DNA of 63,089 bases, filler included, from Octopus bimaculoides (GCF_001194135.2; 6 parts of 6 records of this genome joined end to end with filler, not necessarily neighbours in it); one strand, 5' to 3'. Numbered from the whole stretch's first letter, positions 25,965 to 37,749 are shown. Translations and numbers: made by a program. The notes: generated from the letters alone by a model not told the origin.

Positions 25965-26259
25965 CTCTAGCATCTCAACACCTGGCATAAAGCCACCGCC
26001 CTCTCTACAACTACCCCGCTTAATCAAGGGGACATTTCTGTCACAAGACTGATGACCTTACTAGTGTCAGAGCCACACAAAAATCTCCCACACCATCCTC
26101 ACTCACTTCCAAAAAAAAAAAAAAAGGCAAGTAGTCATGTTGCTCCCTCTAGAGCAAGCAACATGTTCTGACCCTTTCTCTCATACCCGACCTCTCTATA
26201 CTCCTTATGCTCCCAGCATGAAGTTGCCCCTCCCCACTCAAAGTTCATAGTCTTACAAG

Positions 26260-26452
26260 TTGCATATGATAACCTCACTACTGCTGGTGGCATAAAACAC
26301 ACAGCATAGTCTGTAAAGTGGCTGACATTAAGGGCATCCAGCCATAAAAACCATATCAAACACTGAAGCATGAGGCAGTTCTTGGGCCCAACAGATCCTG
26401 CCAAACCATCCCACCCATGCCAGCAGGGAACACAGATGTTAAATAATGATGA
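26260..26452 (+). mobile_element. Diverged RTE-type 3' tail
   Basis: AAGGGCATCCAGCCATAAAA..CCCACCCATGCCAGCA..GTTAAATAATGATGA. Confidence 0.6.
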
Positions 26453-26499
26453 CATACACACATATACATAGAGAACAACTATTGAGAAATCTGAGGTTA

Positions 26500-26870
26500 G
26501 TCTATCCAGATTACAAGTTCAGGTTTTTACTGGGGCCTTGGGTTATGTAACACACTGCCTAAATACCAATCTTGAGAAATTAGGCTTCTCAAAACCAGAA
26601 AGGAGAAAGCTAATTCGAAGACTACAGATCCAATCCATCACTGGAACTGTAAAAATTTGTAAAACTTTCCAGAAGTTATCATTCAAATATATATGAGCAT
26701 GTCTAGATATGAAACTATATGCATAAGAAGACATGCATAAAACAAAACATACAAATTTGCACATATACATACATACAAACAAACAAAAATACCCTGTTGT
26801 TGATTTTGAAATTCCAATGAAGGAGCCTTGAATCTAGGTTAGAAACCAGCTCTTTCTCGATTGGCAAGAA
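26500..26870 (+). mobile_element. 3' fragment of a restriction-like-endonuclease (RLE) non-LTR retrotransposon
   Basis: Translation ..VFTGALGYVTHCLNTNLEKLGFSKPERRKLIRRLQIQSITGTVKICKTFQKL resembles RLE C-termini (GALG motif). Confidence 0.55.
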
Positions 26871-27438
26871 CTAAACTGAACACTCACTCACACACACACA
26901 CTCTCTCTCTCTCTCTCTCTCACACACATATACTTCAGCAAGTGTCTTCCTCAATAGCTCCAGACCAACCCAAGCCTTGTTGGTGGATTTGGGGCAAATG
27001 AAAACGGAAAAGTCTATTATACATAAGTGTGTGTGTGTGTATGTGTGTGGAAGAGAGACAGCGTGTGTGTGTGTGTGTGTGTGTAGTTGTCCCTTCACAC
27101 TGCTGGACATCATGTGATAATTGTAACTGATTGTAAGTTATAAGTTATCATATAAGTCATCATCATAGAAGCAGTGTCTTCTATGAGAATATATCCGGCC
27201 AAGGGGAAATATTAGGTTGCTTAGAAATAGGTCAGGGTTGACAAGAAGGGTATCTGGTCATAAGATCTACCTCAGTGAATTCCATCCTACCCATGCAAAC
27301 AAAGAGAAGTGGACGTTAGATCGATGGTATGTGTAGGTGTGTTTGGTAGAGCAAACACGAGAAATAGAATTCAATACACGAGTATATGATATATATATAT
27401 ATATATATTTAAGAATTTAAGGAATGGAGAAAACGCAT

Positions 27439-27657
27439 GTTATAATTGCATACTTTATTCCTACATATGTTTCAAAGGATTACAACCTGTGATCCATAGG
27501 GATCTTTGATATTAAAATTGTAACCTTCTCATCAGGGAAAGCATGGGAATCATCTTAAACGTAAGACATTATGACCGATTAATATCAAAGATCCCTATGG
27601 ATCACACAGGTTGTAATCCTTTGAAACATATGTAGGAATAAAGTATGCAATTATAAC
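27439..27657. repeat. Near-perfect ~76-bp inverted repeat (27439-27514 / 27579-27657), PLE-terminal-repeat-like
   Basis: The arms differ essentially by a CA insertion; the right arm runs into a contig join. Confidence 0.9.
27458..27539 (-). ncRNA. Type-I hammerhead ribozyme, core intact
   Basis: TTCC-CTGATGA-GAAGGTTACAA...TTGTAATCCTTT-GAAA-CATATG-TA-GGAA; stem I 4 bp, stem II 11 bp with one bulge, palindromic stem III ACATATGT, GUA site. Confidence 0.8.
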
Positions 27658-27701
27658 NNNNNNNNNNNNNNNNNNNNNNNNNNNNNNNNNNNNNNNNNNN
27701 N

Positions 27702-27713
27702 TTAATTAATTAA
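27702..27713. other. Artificial contig-join spacer
   Basis: TTAATTAATTAA within an N block. Confidence 0.95.
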
Positions 27714-28037
27714 NNNNNNNNNNNNNNNNNNNNNNNNNNNNNNNNNNNNNNNNNNNNTATATATATATATATGAAGGTATACATACATATATAAATATAT
27801 ATATCCATATATATATATATATATATACTTATATATATATATTCATATATATACATACATACATACATATATATATACTTATATATACATATACATACAT
27901 ACATTTCTACACACTCGCATAGGCAGATTGCTGTCATCTTTATTGATGGCCTTTTACTCAGTCATCTTTGCTTTGAGAAATAGACCGACTGAAGTTGTAG
28001 CTTTATACATACATACATACATACATACATACATACA

Positions 28038-28068
<31 letters not shown>

Positions 28069-28080
28069 GTATGTCCAATA

Positions 28081-28300
28081 TGTGATCGCGTGTGCATCGC
28101 TGGCGATTTTCTTTCTCCGTCTTCCATTCTTTGGACTTTTTCTATATTTCCGAGGAAGATCTCCGCTCGAAACGTGAAATCATCTTTTTTTTCTTTCCTT
28201 TCCTGAGCGTCCAATAACACTGTACTTATTCCACGTCCTCGCGTTGTTGTCTTTTCGTGTTTTTTCGTGTTTTTTTCGTGTTTTTTCTTGCTTGTTCATG
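28081..28300 (+). mobile_element. PLE-type terminal-repeat family copy (same family as 4470-4630), hammerhead decayed
   Basis: CCGAGGA-A-GATCTCCGCTC-GAAAC-GTG at 28150-28176 plus shared downstream sequence. Confidence 0.6.
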
Positions 28301-29411
28301 TTTGAATTGACTACATACATACATGCACAAATACATACATACACACATACATACATACATACATACATACATACATACATACATAGGTTTTGTTAGTTAA
28401 TGCTTAAAGGAGAATCTGGATAAACTGGGATTTTCAGAAAGAATTTTGTCAGAGATGCAGCACAGAATTTTGTCAGTGAACAGGTCGCGGTCTCAAAGCG
28501 ACGAAAATATTTTGACAAATTAAATTTAAATATTGAAGTGATTCTAACGGTTTTTGTGTGTGATTTTNNNNNNNNNNNNNNNNNNNNNNNNNNNNNNNNN
28601 NNNNNNNNNNNNNNNNNNNNNNNNNNNNNNNNNNNNNNNNNNNNNNNNNNNNNNNNNNNNNNNNNNNNNNNNNNNNNNNNNNNNNNNNNNNNNNNNNNNN
28701 NNNNNNNNNNNNNNNNNNNNNNNNNNNNNNNNNNNNNNNNNNNNNNNNNNNNNNNNNNNNNNNNNNNNNNNNNNNNNNNNNNNNNNNNNNNNNNNNNNNN
28801 NNNNNNNNNNNNNNNNNNNNNNNNNNNNNNNNNNNNNNNNNNNNNNNNNNNNNNNNNNNNNNNNNNNNNNNNNNNNNNNNNNNNNNNNNNNNNNNNNNNN
28901 NNNNNNNNNNNNNNNNNNNNNNNNNNNNNNNNNNNNNNNNNNNNNNNNNNNNNNNNNNNNNNNNNNNNNNNNNNNNNNNNNNNNNNNNNNNNNNNNNNNN
29001 NNNNNNNNNNNNNNNNNNNNNNNNNNNNNNNNNNNNNNNNNNNNNNNNNNNNNNNNNNNNNNNNNNNNNNNNNNNNNNNNNNNNNNNNNNNNNNNNNNNN
29101 NNNNNNNNNNNNNNNNNNNNNNNNNNNNNNNNNNNNNNNNNNNNNNNNNNNNNNNNNNNNNNNNNNNNNNNNNNNNNNNNNNNNNNNNNNNNNNNNNNNN
29201 NNNNNNNNNNNNNNNNNNNNNNNNNNNNNNNNNNNNNNNNNNNNNNNNNNNNNNNNNNNNNNNNNNNNNNNNNNNNNNNNNNNNNNNNNNNNNNNNNNNN
29301 NNNNNNNNNNNNNNNNNNNNNNNNNNNNNNNNNNNNNNNNNNNNNNNNNNNNNNNNNNNNNNNNNNNNNNNNNNNNNNNNNNNNNNNNNNNNNNNNNNNN
29401 NNAACGTAATA

Positions 29412-29475
29412 GTTTAGAAAAAAACATTGGTTTCATATCTAGCGTGAACTAGACATTTCTTCAGTTTTTCTAAAC
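29412..29475 (-). ncRNA. Type-I hammerhead ribozyme, core intact, in the PLE 3' terminal repeat
   Basis: GTTTAGAAAAA-CTGAAGA-A-ATGTCTAG-TTCACG-CTAGATAT-GAAA-C-CAAT-GTT-TTTTTCTAAAC: perfect 11-bp stem I, 8-bp stem II, 2-bp stem III, GUU site. Confidence 0.88.
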
Positions 29476-29597
29476 GATAACCGTTCTCTGCAAAGAATGT
29501 TTTTTTTTTAGAAAAACTCAAGAACGTCGGTGATAGTTCAAGAAATATTCCTCTTAAAAAATTATGGCCGGACGAGTTGTCTTCCTTTGCTTGATAG

Positions 29598-30250
29598 CTA
29601 GGTTTTCCAATTTTGAAGTAAAAATTTCCGAAAATGTGGACAACTCCCTACAGTTTCCGTTCTGGTGTTCAGGTTGCCTCCTAGCTCATGTGAGTCAATG
29701 AGGATTATATATCTTTCTGCCATACACACTTTACACAGTCTTGTTCCATTACGATAGGGTCCACAAGTTTCCAGTAATTTCCACCTGATGTTAAAGGGTG
29801 TATTATCGTCCTTTAGGTACCATACGTATGCTGCGTGTGTTGTGTTGCATCTCTCCGGGAACTTGAAAGATGATCTGTGGTTGTTCAGGCGAATTTTAAA
29901 TCTGGATTCACAAGATCGGACATACATTTTAGTGTGTGTCCCTGTGTTGGCATCGATGTTACTGATATTTGTGCTGCTTCTGTTTGAGGCTACTTTTGCT
30001 TGGTACATTGTAGCCTCGGTGTTACATCGGCCGTCCAATGAGCATTTAGTTCTAATGCTTTCATGAACAACCTGCCTCTGTCCGTAGTTTAGGATTGCTA
30101 AGTAATTTTTTCTTAACATTGGGTGCACAACTGAAAGAGATTCTTAAATTATATCTGTTAAAGATCTTTCTATATTTGTGAGTTCGCGATAAAGTGATTT
30201 AAAGAAATTTAAAGTGCCTACGTGATAACTTTAAACCTAGTTTTGGGCCA
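29598..30250 (-). mobile_element. PLE 3' fragment encoding a GIY-YIG endonuclease (Naiad-like type)
   Basis: THKYRKIFNRYNLRISFSCAPNV then (frameshift) CSLDGRC..MYQAKV..MYVRSCESRFKIRLNNHRSSF..YVWYLKD..IRWKLL..CKVCMAER..LNTRTE..CPHFRKFLLQNWKT*. Confidence 0.85.
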
Positions 30251-30461
30251 CCTTGTATGAAAAAAAAAAAAGAATAGAAATGTCTTGTATCATAAGTCTT
30301 CCACTTTAATAATTAGATGCTTATTTTGTAAACTTATAAGCATCTAATTATTAAAAGTGCAAAAATTATCAGAAAAGCCATTTGTATTCGTTTTCTTTTT
30401 CAAGTATATAATATTGAACCAAACTTTCTATATTTCTTATTCTATTATATATGTATATATT

Positions 30462-30856
30462 CTTTTATTCTTTTATTTGTTTCAGTCACTTGACTGCGGC
30501 CATGCTGGAGCACCGCCTTTGGTCGAACAGATCGACCTCAAAACTTATTTTTTGTAAGCCTAGTACTTAATCTATCGGTTACTTTTGCCGAACCGCTAAG
30601 TTACAGGGCCGTAAACACACCAGCATCGGTTGTCAAGCGATAGTGGGGAGACAAACATAGACACACACACATATATACATATACATATATACGACGGGTT
30701 TCTTTAAGTTTCCATCTACAAAATCCACTCACAAGACTTTGGTCGGTCCGAGGCTGTAGTAGAAGACATTTATCCAAGGTGTCACGCAGTGGGACTGAAC
30801 CTGGAACCATGTGGTTGGTAAGCAACCGTCTTACCACACAGCCATGCCTGCGCCTA
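30462..30856 (-). mobile_element. SINE family A, full length
   Basis: Reverse complement of 45446-45845, including head, internal (TA/TG) microsatellite and GTAAAAGA-type tail. Confidence 0.9.
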
Positions 30857-30857
30857 T

Positions 30858-30865
30858 AAAAGAAA
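30858..30865 (-). terminator. Pol III terminator-like T run (TTTCTTTT) after tRNA-Asp
   Basis: About 10 nt downstream of the tRNA 3' end on the same strand. Confidence 0.55.
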
Positions 30866-30875
30866 TGCGTATCAC

Positions 30876-30938
30876 CTCCCCGGCGGGGATTCGAATCCCG
30901 GTCTCTCGCGTGACAGGCGGGGATACTTACCACTATAT
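30876..30938 (-). tRNA. tRNA-Asp: tRNA-Asp(GTC) gene or pseudogene, 5' end lost in a gap
   Basis: ATATAGTGGTAAGTATCCCCGCCTGTCACGCGAGAGACCGGGATTCGAATCCCCGCCGGGGAG closely follows canonical metazoan tRNA-Asp; G>A mismatches in the anticodon stem and at G53. Confidence 0.85.
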
Positions 30939-31200
30939 NNNNNNNNNNNNNNNNNNNNNNNNNNNNNNNNNNNNNNNNNNNNNNNNNNNNNNNNNNNNNN
31001 NNNNNNNNNNNNNNNNNNNNNNNNNNNNNNNNNNNNNNNNNNNNNNNNNNNNNNNNNNNNNNNNNNNNNNNNNNNNNNNNNNNNNNNNNNNNNNNNNNNN
31101 NNNNNNNNNNNATCAGGAGACTTGAGAGTCAAATGAAAATCCACTATTTCCATATGGCACCAGCAGTCTCATATTTTCCTCCAGGCAATTTTACTAACTT

Positions 31201-31241
<41 letters not shown>

Positions 31242-31276
31242 CGCGCTCGCACGCGCACAAAGTATAATCATAGATG

Positions 31277-31312
<36 letters not shown>

Positions 31313-32422
31313 AACACACACACACATCATCATCGTTATCATCGTCATAGAGTCATTTTAGAGTCACGATTATATTATCCAATGTGTACTTTATTTTACC
31401 TTAAATATTTAAATTGAAGTTATGATGAAACTTTGACTGCTATTTCTTACACTTTGAACCGTCCATCCACGTAGAGGTTCCTTCGCGGGTTCGTACCTGA
31501 TATGGAACGTTGGTTTATCCAAAATAGAGAAATCAGGATATGGGTTCTTGGCGTCCATATCTCGGTGTTAACTGATGCGATTGCGAGCGGATATTAATAA
31601 TAAATTAATTACTTAAAGGTTAATTTTATTAAGTCCCTAATTAATGATCAGTGCCCGCCCCCTTTCCTATCCAAACTAACTGCATAAATCAATTTGATTC
31701 TTTTTTTTAGTTTTATTTTATTCTTTGTTTTCTTCTGGTTTTGTTGTGCTTTTGGTGTTGTTGTTGTTGTTGTTGTTGTTTCTTGCAACAGTCCTGTAAT
31801 TTTATCCCCATTTTAATTCAATTATTATTTTCCATATACTCTTTCTTCCTGACTGGGTTCACAAGAAAAGAATAATAATAATAATAAAAAAAAGGTTGTC
31901 AGCAAAATGGCCTTTTTCTCTTCCTAATCTTTTATCTTTTACTTGTTTCAATCACTGGACTATGGCCATGCTCGGGCATCGCTATGAAGGGTTTTAATCA
32001 GACAGAAACCAGTACTTATTTTAAAGTCTACTACTTATTCTATATTAATCCCTTTCGATGAACCGCTAGGTTACGGCCGAAGCTACGCCGACATGAGCTA
32101 AGGCTGCGGATTCTTGAAGGTGAGCCCACGTGATCACAATGTAGACGTCTTGTTTAGTAAAACATATTTTCTTAACTAGTTTTATATTGTGTTGTGTAGT
32201 GCAGTTGTTTCTTCTGTATGATTTTCAGGTCGGAGAGAGTCATACTTGCATGATCAAGGTGCCACGCAGTGGGACTGAACCCTGAACCATGTGGTTGGGA
32301 AGCAAGCTTTTTACCAGACAGCCACGCCTGTTCCGTAAATTTGTGGCATCTCTTAGTGTAAGCAATCATTATTTTGGGCTTCAATTCCCTTAAGATCAAT
32401 CCCATCTTTCTTCCTCCAACAG

Positions 32423-32490
32423 TTTGATGTGACGTATCAGTCATCTACTGGAGTTATGCAATCCACTATGACCATCCTCATAAAATTGAG
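32423..32490 (+). other. Candidate 68-nt exon (FDVTYQSSTGVMQSTMTILIKL), unverified
   Basis: Strong acceptor catctttcttcctccaacag, one open frame; donor GTTTTT is weak. Confidence 0.15.
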
Positions 32491-32519
32491 GTTTTTACTT
32501 GCGTTTAAAATCTACATAT

Positions 32520-32700
32520 ACGGTTATCTCTTATCTTTTAGTCACCGTATTGCGGCCATGCTGGAGCACCACTTTGAAGAGTTTTAGTGCAAGAAATCGA
32601 TCCCAGTACTTAATTTTTGCGAAGTCTGATACTCATTCTATCGCTTACCTTTGCCAAACCACTAAGTTATGGAGACGCGACCAAACCAACGCCGGTCGTG
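32520..32700 (-). mobile_element. SINE family A 3' fragment
   Basis: GCGGCCATGCTGGAGCACC..AATCGA..AGTACTT..TATCG..TTTGCC.AACC.CTAAGTTA; similar fragments at 31925-32080 and 32255-32330. Confidence 0.7.
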
Positions 32701-32728
32701 AAACGGTGTGGAAGAAACACCCCGCCCT

Positions 32729-32871
<143 letters not shown>

Positions 32872-32909
32872 NNNNNNNNNNGAATATACATAGATGCAGA
32901 CAAACATGT

Positions 32910-32975
<66 letters not shown>

Positions 32976-33180
32976 TTGTGTTTGTGTGTGTGTGTGTGTG
33001 TGTGAATACAAATAAAAATAAAACAATATACAATAAAAAAAAGGATTTTGTATGATCGTGTATAGAGGAATATATTATTTAAAAGAGTTCCAACTCTGTT
33101 TTTTATTTTTTATTTATATTCTTATAAAATTCATGTGGGATATAGAATATGGAATATATAATAGAATATAAATAGTAACT

Positions 33181-33537
33181 CTCTGTAAGAGACAACCTAA
33201 AAACTTGAAAAAACTATAAACAAAGGCAATGTTTGACTTCAGCAACAAAAATCAAACATTCACTGTGTCCAAATGCAATGATAGCCGATGCGGTACATGC
33301 CGATCAATTCATACCGGCCCATCTATGAACACAAAAACGGAAAATATTCACCAATGCGAACATGAACTGCAAAAGTAGAAATCTAATCTACTGCATCAAA
33401 TGCCCTAATTGTGAAGAACTGTACGTTGGCCAGACAGGTAATGCACTATCGGAACGCTCACGGGTACATCGACAACAGATTAAAAACCCAGAAGTCCGCC
33501 AAATACCACTGAGTAACCATCTGGCAACATGTGGTCG
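33181..33537 (+). mobile_element. PLE fragment, Neptune-like: Cys linker plus GIY-YIG endonuclease, cut by a gap
   Basis: LCKRQPKNLKKL*TKA..KCNDSRCGTC (CX4CX2C), a 1-nt frameshift, then MNCKSRNLIYCIKCPNCEELYVGQTGNALSERSRVHRQQI. Confidence 0.88.
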
Positions 33538-35211
33538 NNNNNNNNNNNNNNNNNNNNNNNNNNNNNNNNNNNNNNNNNNNNNNNNNNNNNNNNNNNNNNN
33601 NNNNNNNNNNNNNNNNNNNNNNNNNNNNNNNNNNNNNNNNNNNNNNNNNNNNNNNNNNNNNNNNNNNNNNNNNNNNNNNNNNNNNNNNNNNNNNNNNNNN
33701 NNNNNNNNNNNNNNNNNNNNNNNNNNNNNNNNNNNNNNNNNNNNNNNNNNNNNNNNNNNNNNNNNNNNNNNNNNNNNNNNNNNNNNNNNNNNNNNNNNNN
33801 NNNNNNNNNNNNNNNNNNNNNNNNNNNNNNNNNNNNNNNNNNNNNNNNNNNNNNNNNNNNNNNNNNNNNNNNNNNNNNNNNNNNNNNNNNNNNNNNNNNN
33901 NNNNNNNNNNNNNNNNNNNNNNNNNNNNNNNNNNNNNNNNNNNNNNNNNNNNNNNNNNNNNNNNNNNNNNNNNNNNNNNNNNNNNNNNNNNNNNNNNNNN
34001 NNNNNNNNNNNNNNNNNNNNNNNNTATACATGTATATATGCCTGCATGTATATATATACGGCAGACCTCCACACAGTTTTCGTTTGCTAATTTCACTTAC
34101 AAGGCACCGGCGCTTTAGAAGATGACATTTGCCCAATGAACCACGCAGTGGGGCTGAACCCGGAAGCACTTGGTCACAAACCTAGCTTCTTAACCACACA
34201 ACCATGTCAGCGGTTATGTAATACATTGTGGAAGTTTTTCTTCAGAATCATTCCTAGGAACATGGGTTCGATTCCAAGCAAATCTACACTTTCAACATAT
34301 TTTTTTTTTCTGCGCAGTAGGCAATATATTTGCTTCCTTGTCCGAATGAGGTGAGACTATATAAAAGATCTCATGAAATTGGATCGCTGAAATTTGAAAC
34401 AGCAACCTTGTGCCAAGTAATTTGATAACATGCTACATAATGCCATGGTGAGATTGATAAAAGGCAATTTAATGAGCTGCCTAATGAGCATAATTCATTA
34501 AATATACATTCCCACCCAACACACCGACGTATACACATCCTTATACATATATATATACAAACACATACACAAATAAAATGGCGCATATAGAGACGCACGT
34601 AGATGCACACATACGATGTTCATATGTTTGATATTTATTTACACATACGCATACATGATGCCATCTTAGAAAAGCACATATAAACACATACCCACACCTA
34701 GACACACATGCACATACATATATGTATATACGTATGTATGTATATACACGCACGCATTACAATTGACTACATATACAGGATACGCAAGAAACCTTACAAT
34801 CGCGTACCTATATCATGAAAGAACGGTCTAACCACACGCTTATATTCCGGCATGCACACCCACACGCGCATACATATACACACATGCATATATATACATA
34901 TATATACATATAAACACCTACACTGATCTTTATACTTATATAAACATAATTTCGCAGTAATAATCAATTTAATTCCCTTGGGAAATTTTCAGAAAAGGAA
35001 CTTCATTAAGATATTCCATCTGAAATTTCTGTTTGCAAATTATTATGGAAAAGTATTTAGCATATACATACGTACATACATACATACATACATACATACA
35101 TACATACATACACGTACACTTAAATATATATATATATACATAAATATATACATATACATACATTTATATACATACATATACATATATATAGATATACATA
35201 CATACATATGC

Positions 35212-35353
<142 letters not shown>

Positions 35354-36147
35354 GTATATATTTGCTTGTTAGTAAATATATAATATTTCTACGGCTTCCT
35401 TCAATTGAGTCAGTGTGTGTAGATTTTGTTTTAATGAATTCCAGTTCGAGGCATCATATTATAACAACAACAACATTAATAAGATCAGCAACAGTAACAA
35501 ATTAATTAGAAAATATTTCCTCAATTAACTGAGGGCTGCAGCCGACTCTGTCAGTCAGGCATCAATCTGTCCGAGGTTCGCATTCTGTGATTCTATCACT
35601 CACCAGTACTGAGACGAGATCCATGTCATATACGCTTAACACAAAATGACACGTAAAAGTTTGAAGATGAATAATATTTCTTCAACATTCAATTGATTTG
35701 TTGTGTGTAGAGAAATAAACACGTTTCGGACGTTTCGTCTTCTTTGATGAGAGAAATAAAAAGACCGAAAAATTGCGTATGATAAAATGGAGTGACAGAA
35801 AGATTATAGAAATAGATGTGGTACGAAGGTCAAAAACTGGTGTGGTTTGTGTGAGAACTGAACAAGAAAGAAGAAAGTAAAGGAAGGAGGTGTTCGAATA
35901 TATTCTTCTTCGCACATTGCGCAGTTCACAAACGACTGACATCACTAGTCACATGACTCAAATTGACACTTTCCCTCTTGTCTCCTTACATCAATTCTCC
36001 CATGACAGTACCTCTATTTTTCATTTGCGATTTTATTATTATGGTATCAAAGCTTCTATTATTTTGTCCCTCAACAATAGCGACAGATGTCCGAACGCTT
36101 GGATTCTTCACTTCTTGTAGCAAATCACTTCAATGTAATTTCCTACA

Positions 36148-36148
<1 letters not shown>

Positions 36149-36196
<48 letters not shown>

Positions 36197-36314
36197 TTCA
36201 TTATTGTTGTTGTTGTTGTTCAGGTCACTGCTTGGAATCGAACTCGGAATCTTGGGGTTAAGAATGCGGGCTACTAACCCTAAGATTCCGAGTTCGATTC
36301 CAAGCACTGACCTG

Positions 36315-36351
<37 letters not shown>

Positions 36352-36377
36352 GCAACAACAACAATAATAATAATAGC

Positions 36378-36414
<37 letters not shown>

Positions 36415-36567
36415 TTGAAGAATACCTTAGGAATGAGAACCCAGGTTCGAAATTTCCCCAAGACACCTGAATAAGGCTGGAGGGTATATCAGCCGAAACG
36501 TTGTGTTAACAACAAGCAAGATGAGGGCAAATATCCGTCAAATGTAAATAATGTAAATAATGTACAT
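36149..36567 (+). mobile_element. tRNA-headed SINE-like unit with an internal microsatellite and a 3' hammerhead motif, preceded by an inverted copy of its 5' part
   Basis: Sense head GGTTAAG..GGCTACTAACCC..GAGTTCGATTCC (36256-36317), (AAC)n(AAT)n, HHR at 36463-36506; inverted arm 36218-36260 (41/43 match) plus (TAT)n(TGT)n. Confidence 0.75.
36463..36506 (+). ncRNA. Minimal type-I hammerhead motif, G8T (probably inactive copy)
   Basis: ACAC-CTGAATA-A-GGCTG-GAGGGTATAT-CAGCC-GAAA-CG-TT-GTGT. Confidence 0.7.
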
Positions 36568-37672
36568 TTAAAAGTTATTTTCCTCTAGAAACATAATTAG
36601 TTTCTGCATGACAATTTGGCTTTTTATATTGCCGATATGTAAAATGGAGATATAGCCTTGTAACACGTAGTATCTGTTATGCACCCTCTCTCAAGAATAT
36701 CACATATTTAGTTCTTTTTTAGGTTTTGGGGGATGATACCATTTACCAGAAAAGTAATACCATTGCTTTGGCAAAGGGCATTTTATATGTATAAAGGACA
36801 ACTGTTAGGACGCCATCTGCCGAGTTTATATTCATTTCCTCTACAACAGTTTCTTCTTTGTCGAGGTAATTGATGGATGCAACTGCTTCATCTAAGATAG
36901 TAATGTTGAAAAGGTATACTGACTCATCTATTTGCTCGAATAGCAGTGAAGTGGTGAGCAGGGCCTCCTAGAGAAATTTTGCAAGGTAAAGACTAGAATG
37001 CTTTTGAGTCCTGCTCTGAGAAGCAGTGGAGAATCCTCTCCCTGTCAGAAATTTATGAGGATACCCGTTTGGGTCACCAGGCTTAGGACCAATGTATAGA
37101 CTGAACTCAACCCTCTCATATGCTCTGGGAATGAACATGCTATTGGACTATGCATTGAGTATTTAATTCACCTTGTGGTTGTCTGAAATCAGTGATTCAC
37201 TTCTTACAACCAATGGCCCACTTTAATGGTGCATAGTGGTTGTTTCTTTTGCAAAACTGTAATAAACATTTCTGAGTTCGTTTTATTTTCCCATATACCC
37301 TACTTTTCCAGTAATTCGCTTTCATTTTCCTGATAAAGTAATAAAGTACTTTATTTTATTTTCATTATCTTTAAATAACATGTTTAACTGGTTCCGTTTC
37401 GTTTGATTTATTTGTTTATTTAAACTATTTCAAACATTTTTACTTCGTCTCGTGACGATTTCTCGGTCTCTGGAGAAAATAAATATAACTACCTCATTGG
37501 AATGTTTTAATGCATTTAAATTGCATTATTGACATAAGTTTTCAAGTTTTAGGTTGTTGTCTTCCATGCAGAGGATCTGATAAAACGTGCTGGAAATTAA
37601 GTACCAGTTGCGTATTGGAGCCGATGTAATCCCTTCCCCCAAATTTGAGGCCTTGTGCTTCCAGTAGAAAGG

Positions 37673-37748
<76 letters not shown>

Positions 37749-37749
<1 letters not shown>

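Noticed and set aside
35718-35750. Minus-strand TCAAAGA-A-GACG-AAA-CGTC-C-GAAACGTG hammerhead-like remnant
   Set aside because: Three core mismatches and a GUG site; may be real decay but indistinguishable from chance.
36720-37260. Possible very old PLE RT remnant (FGDDTIYQKSN..)
   Set aside because: A single weak motif with many stops.
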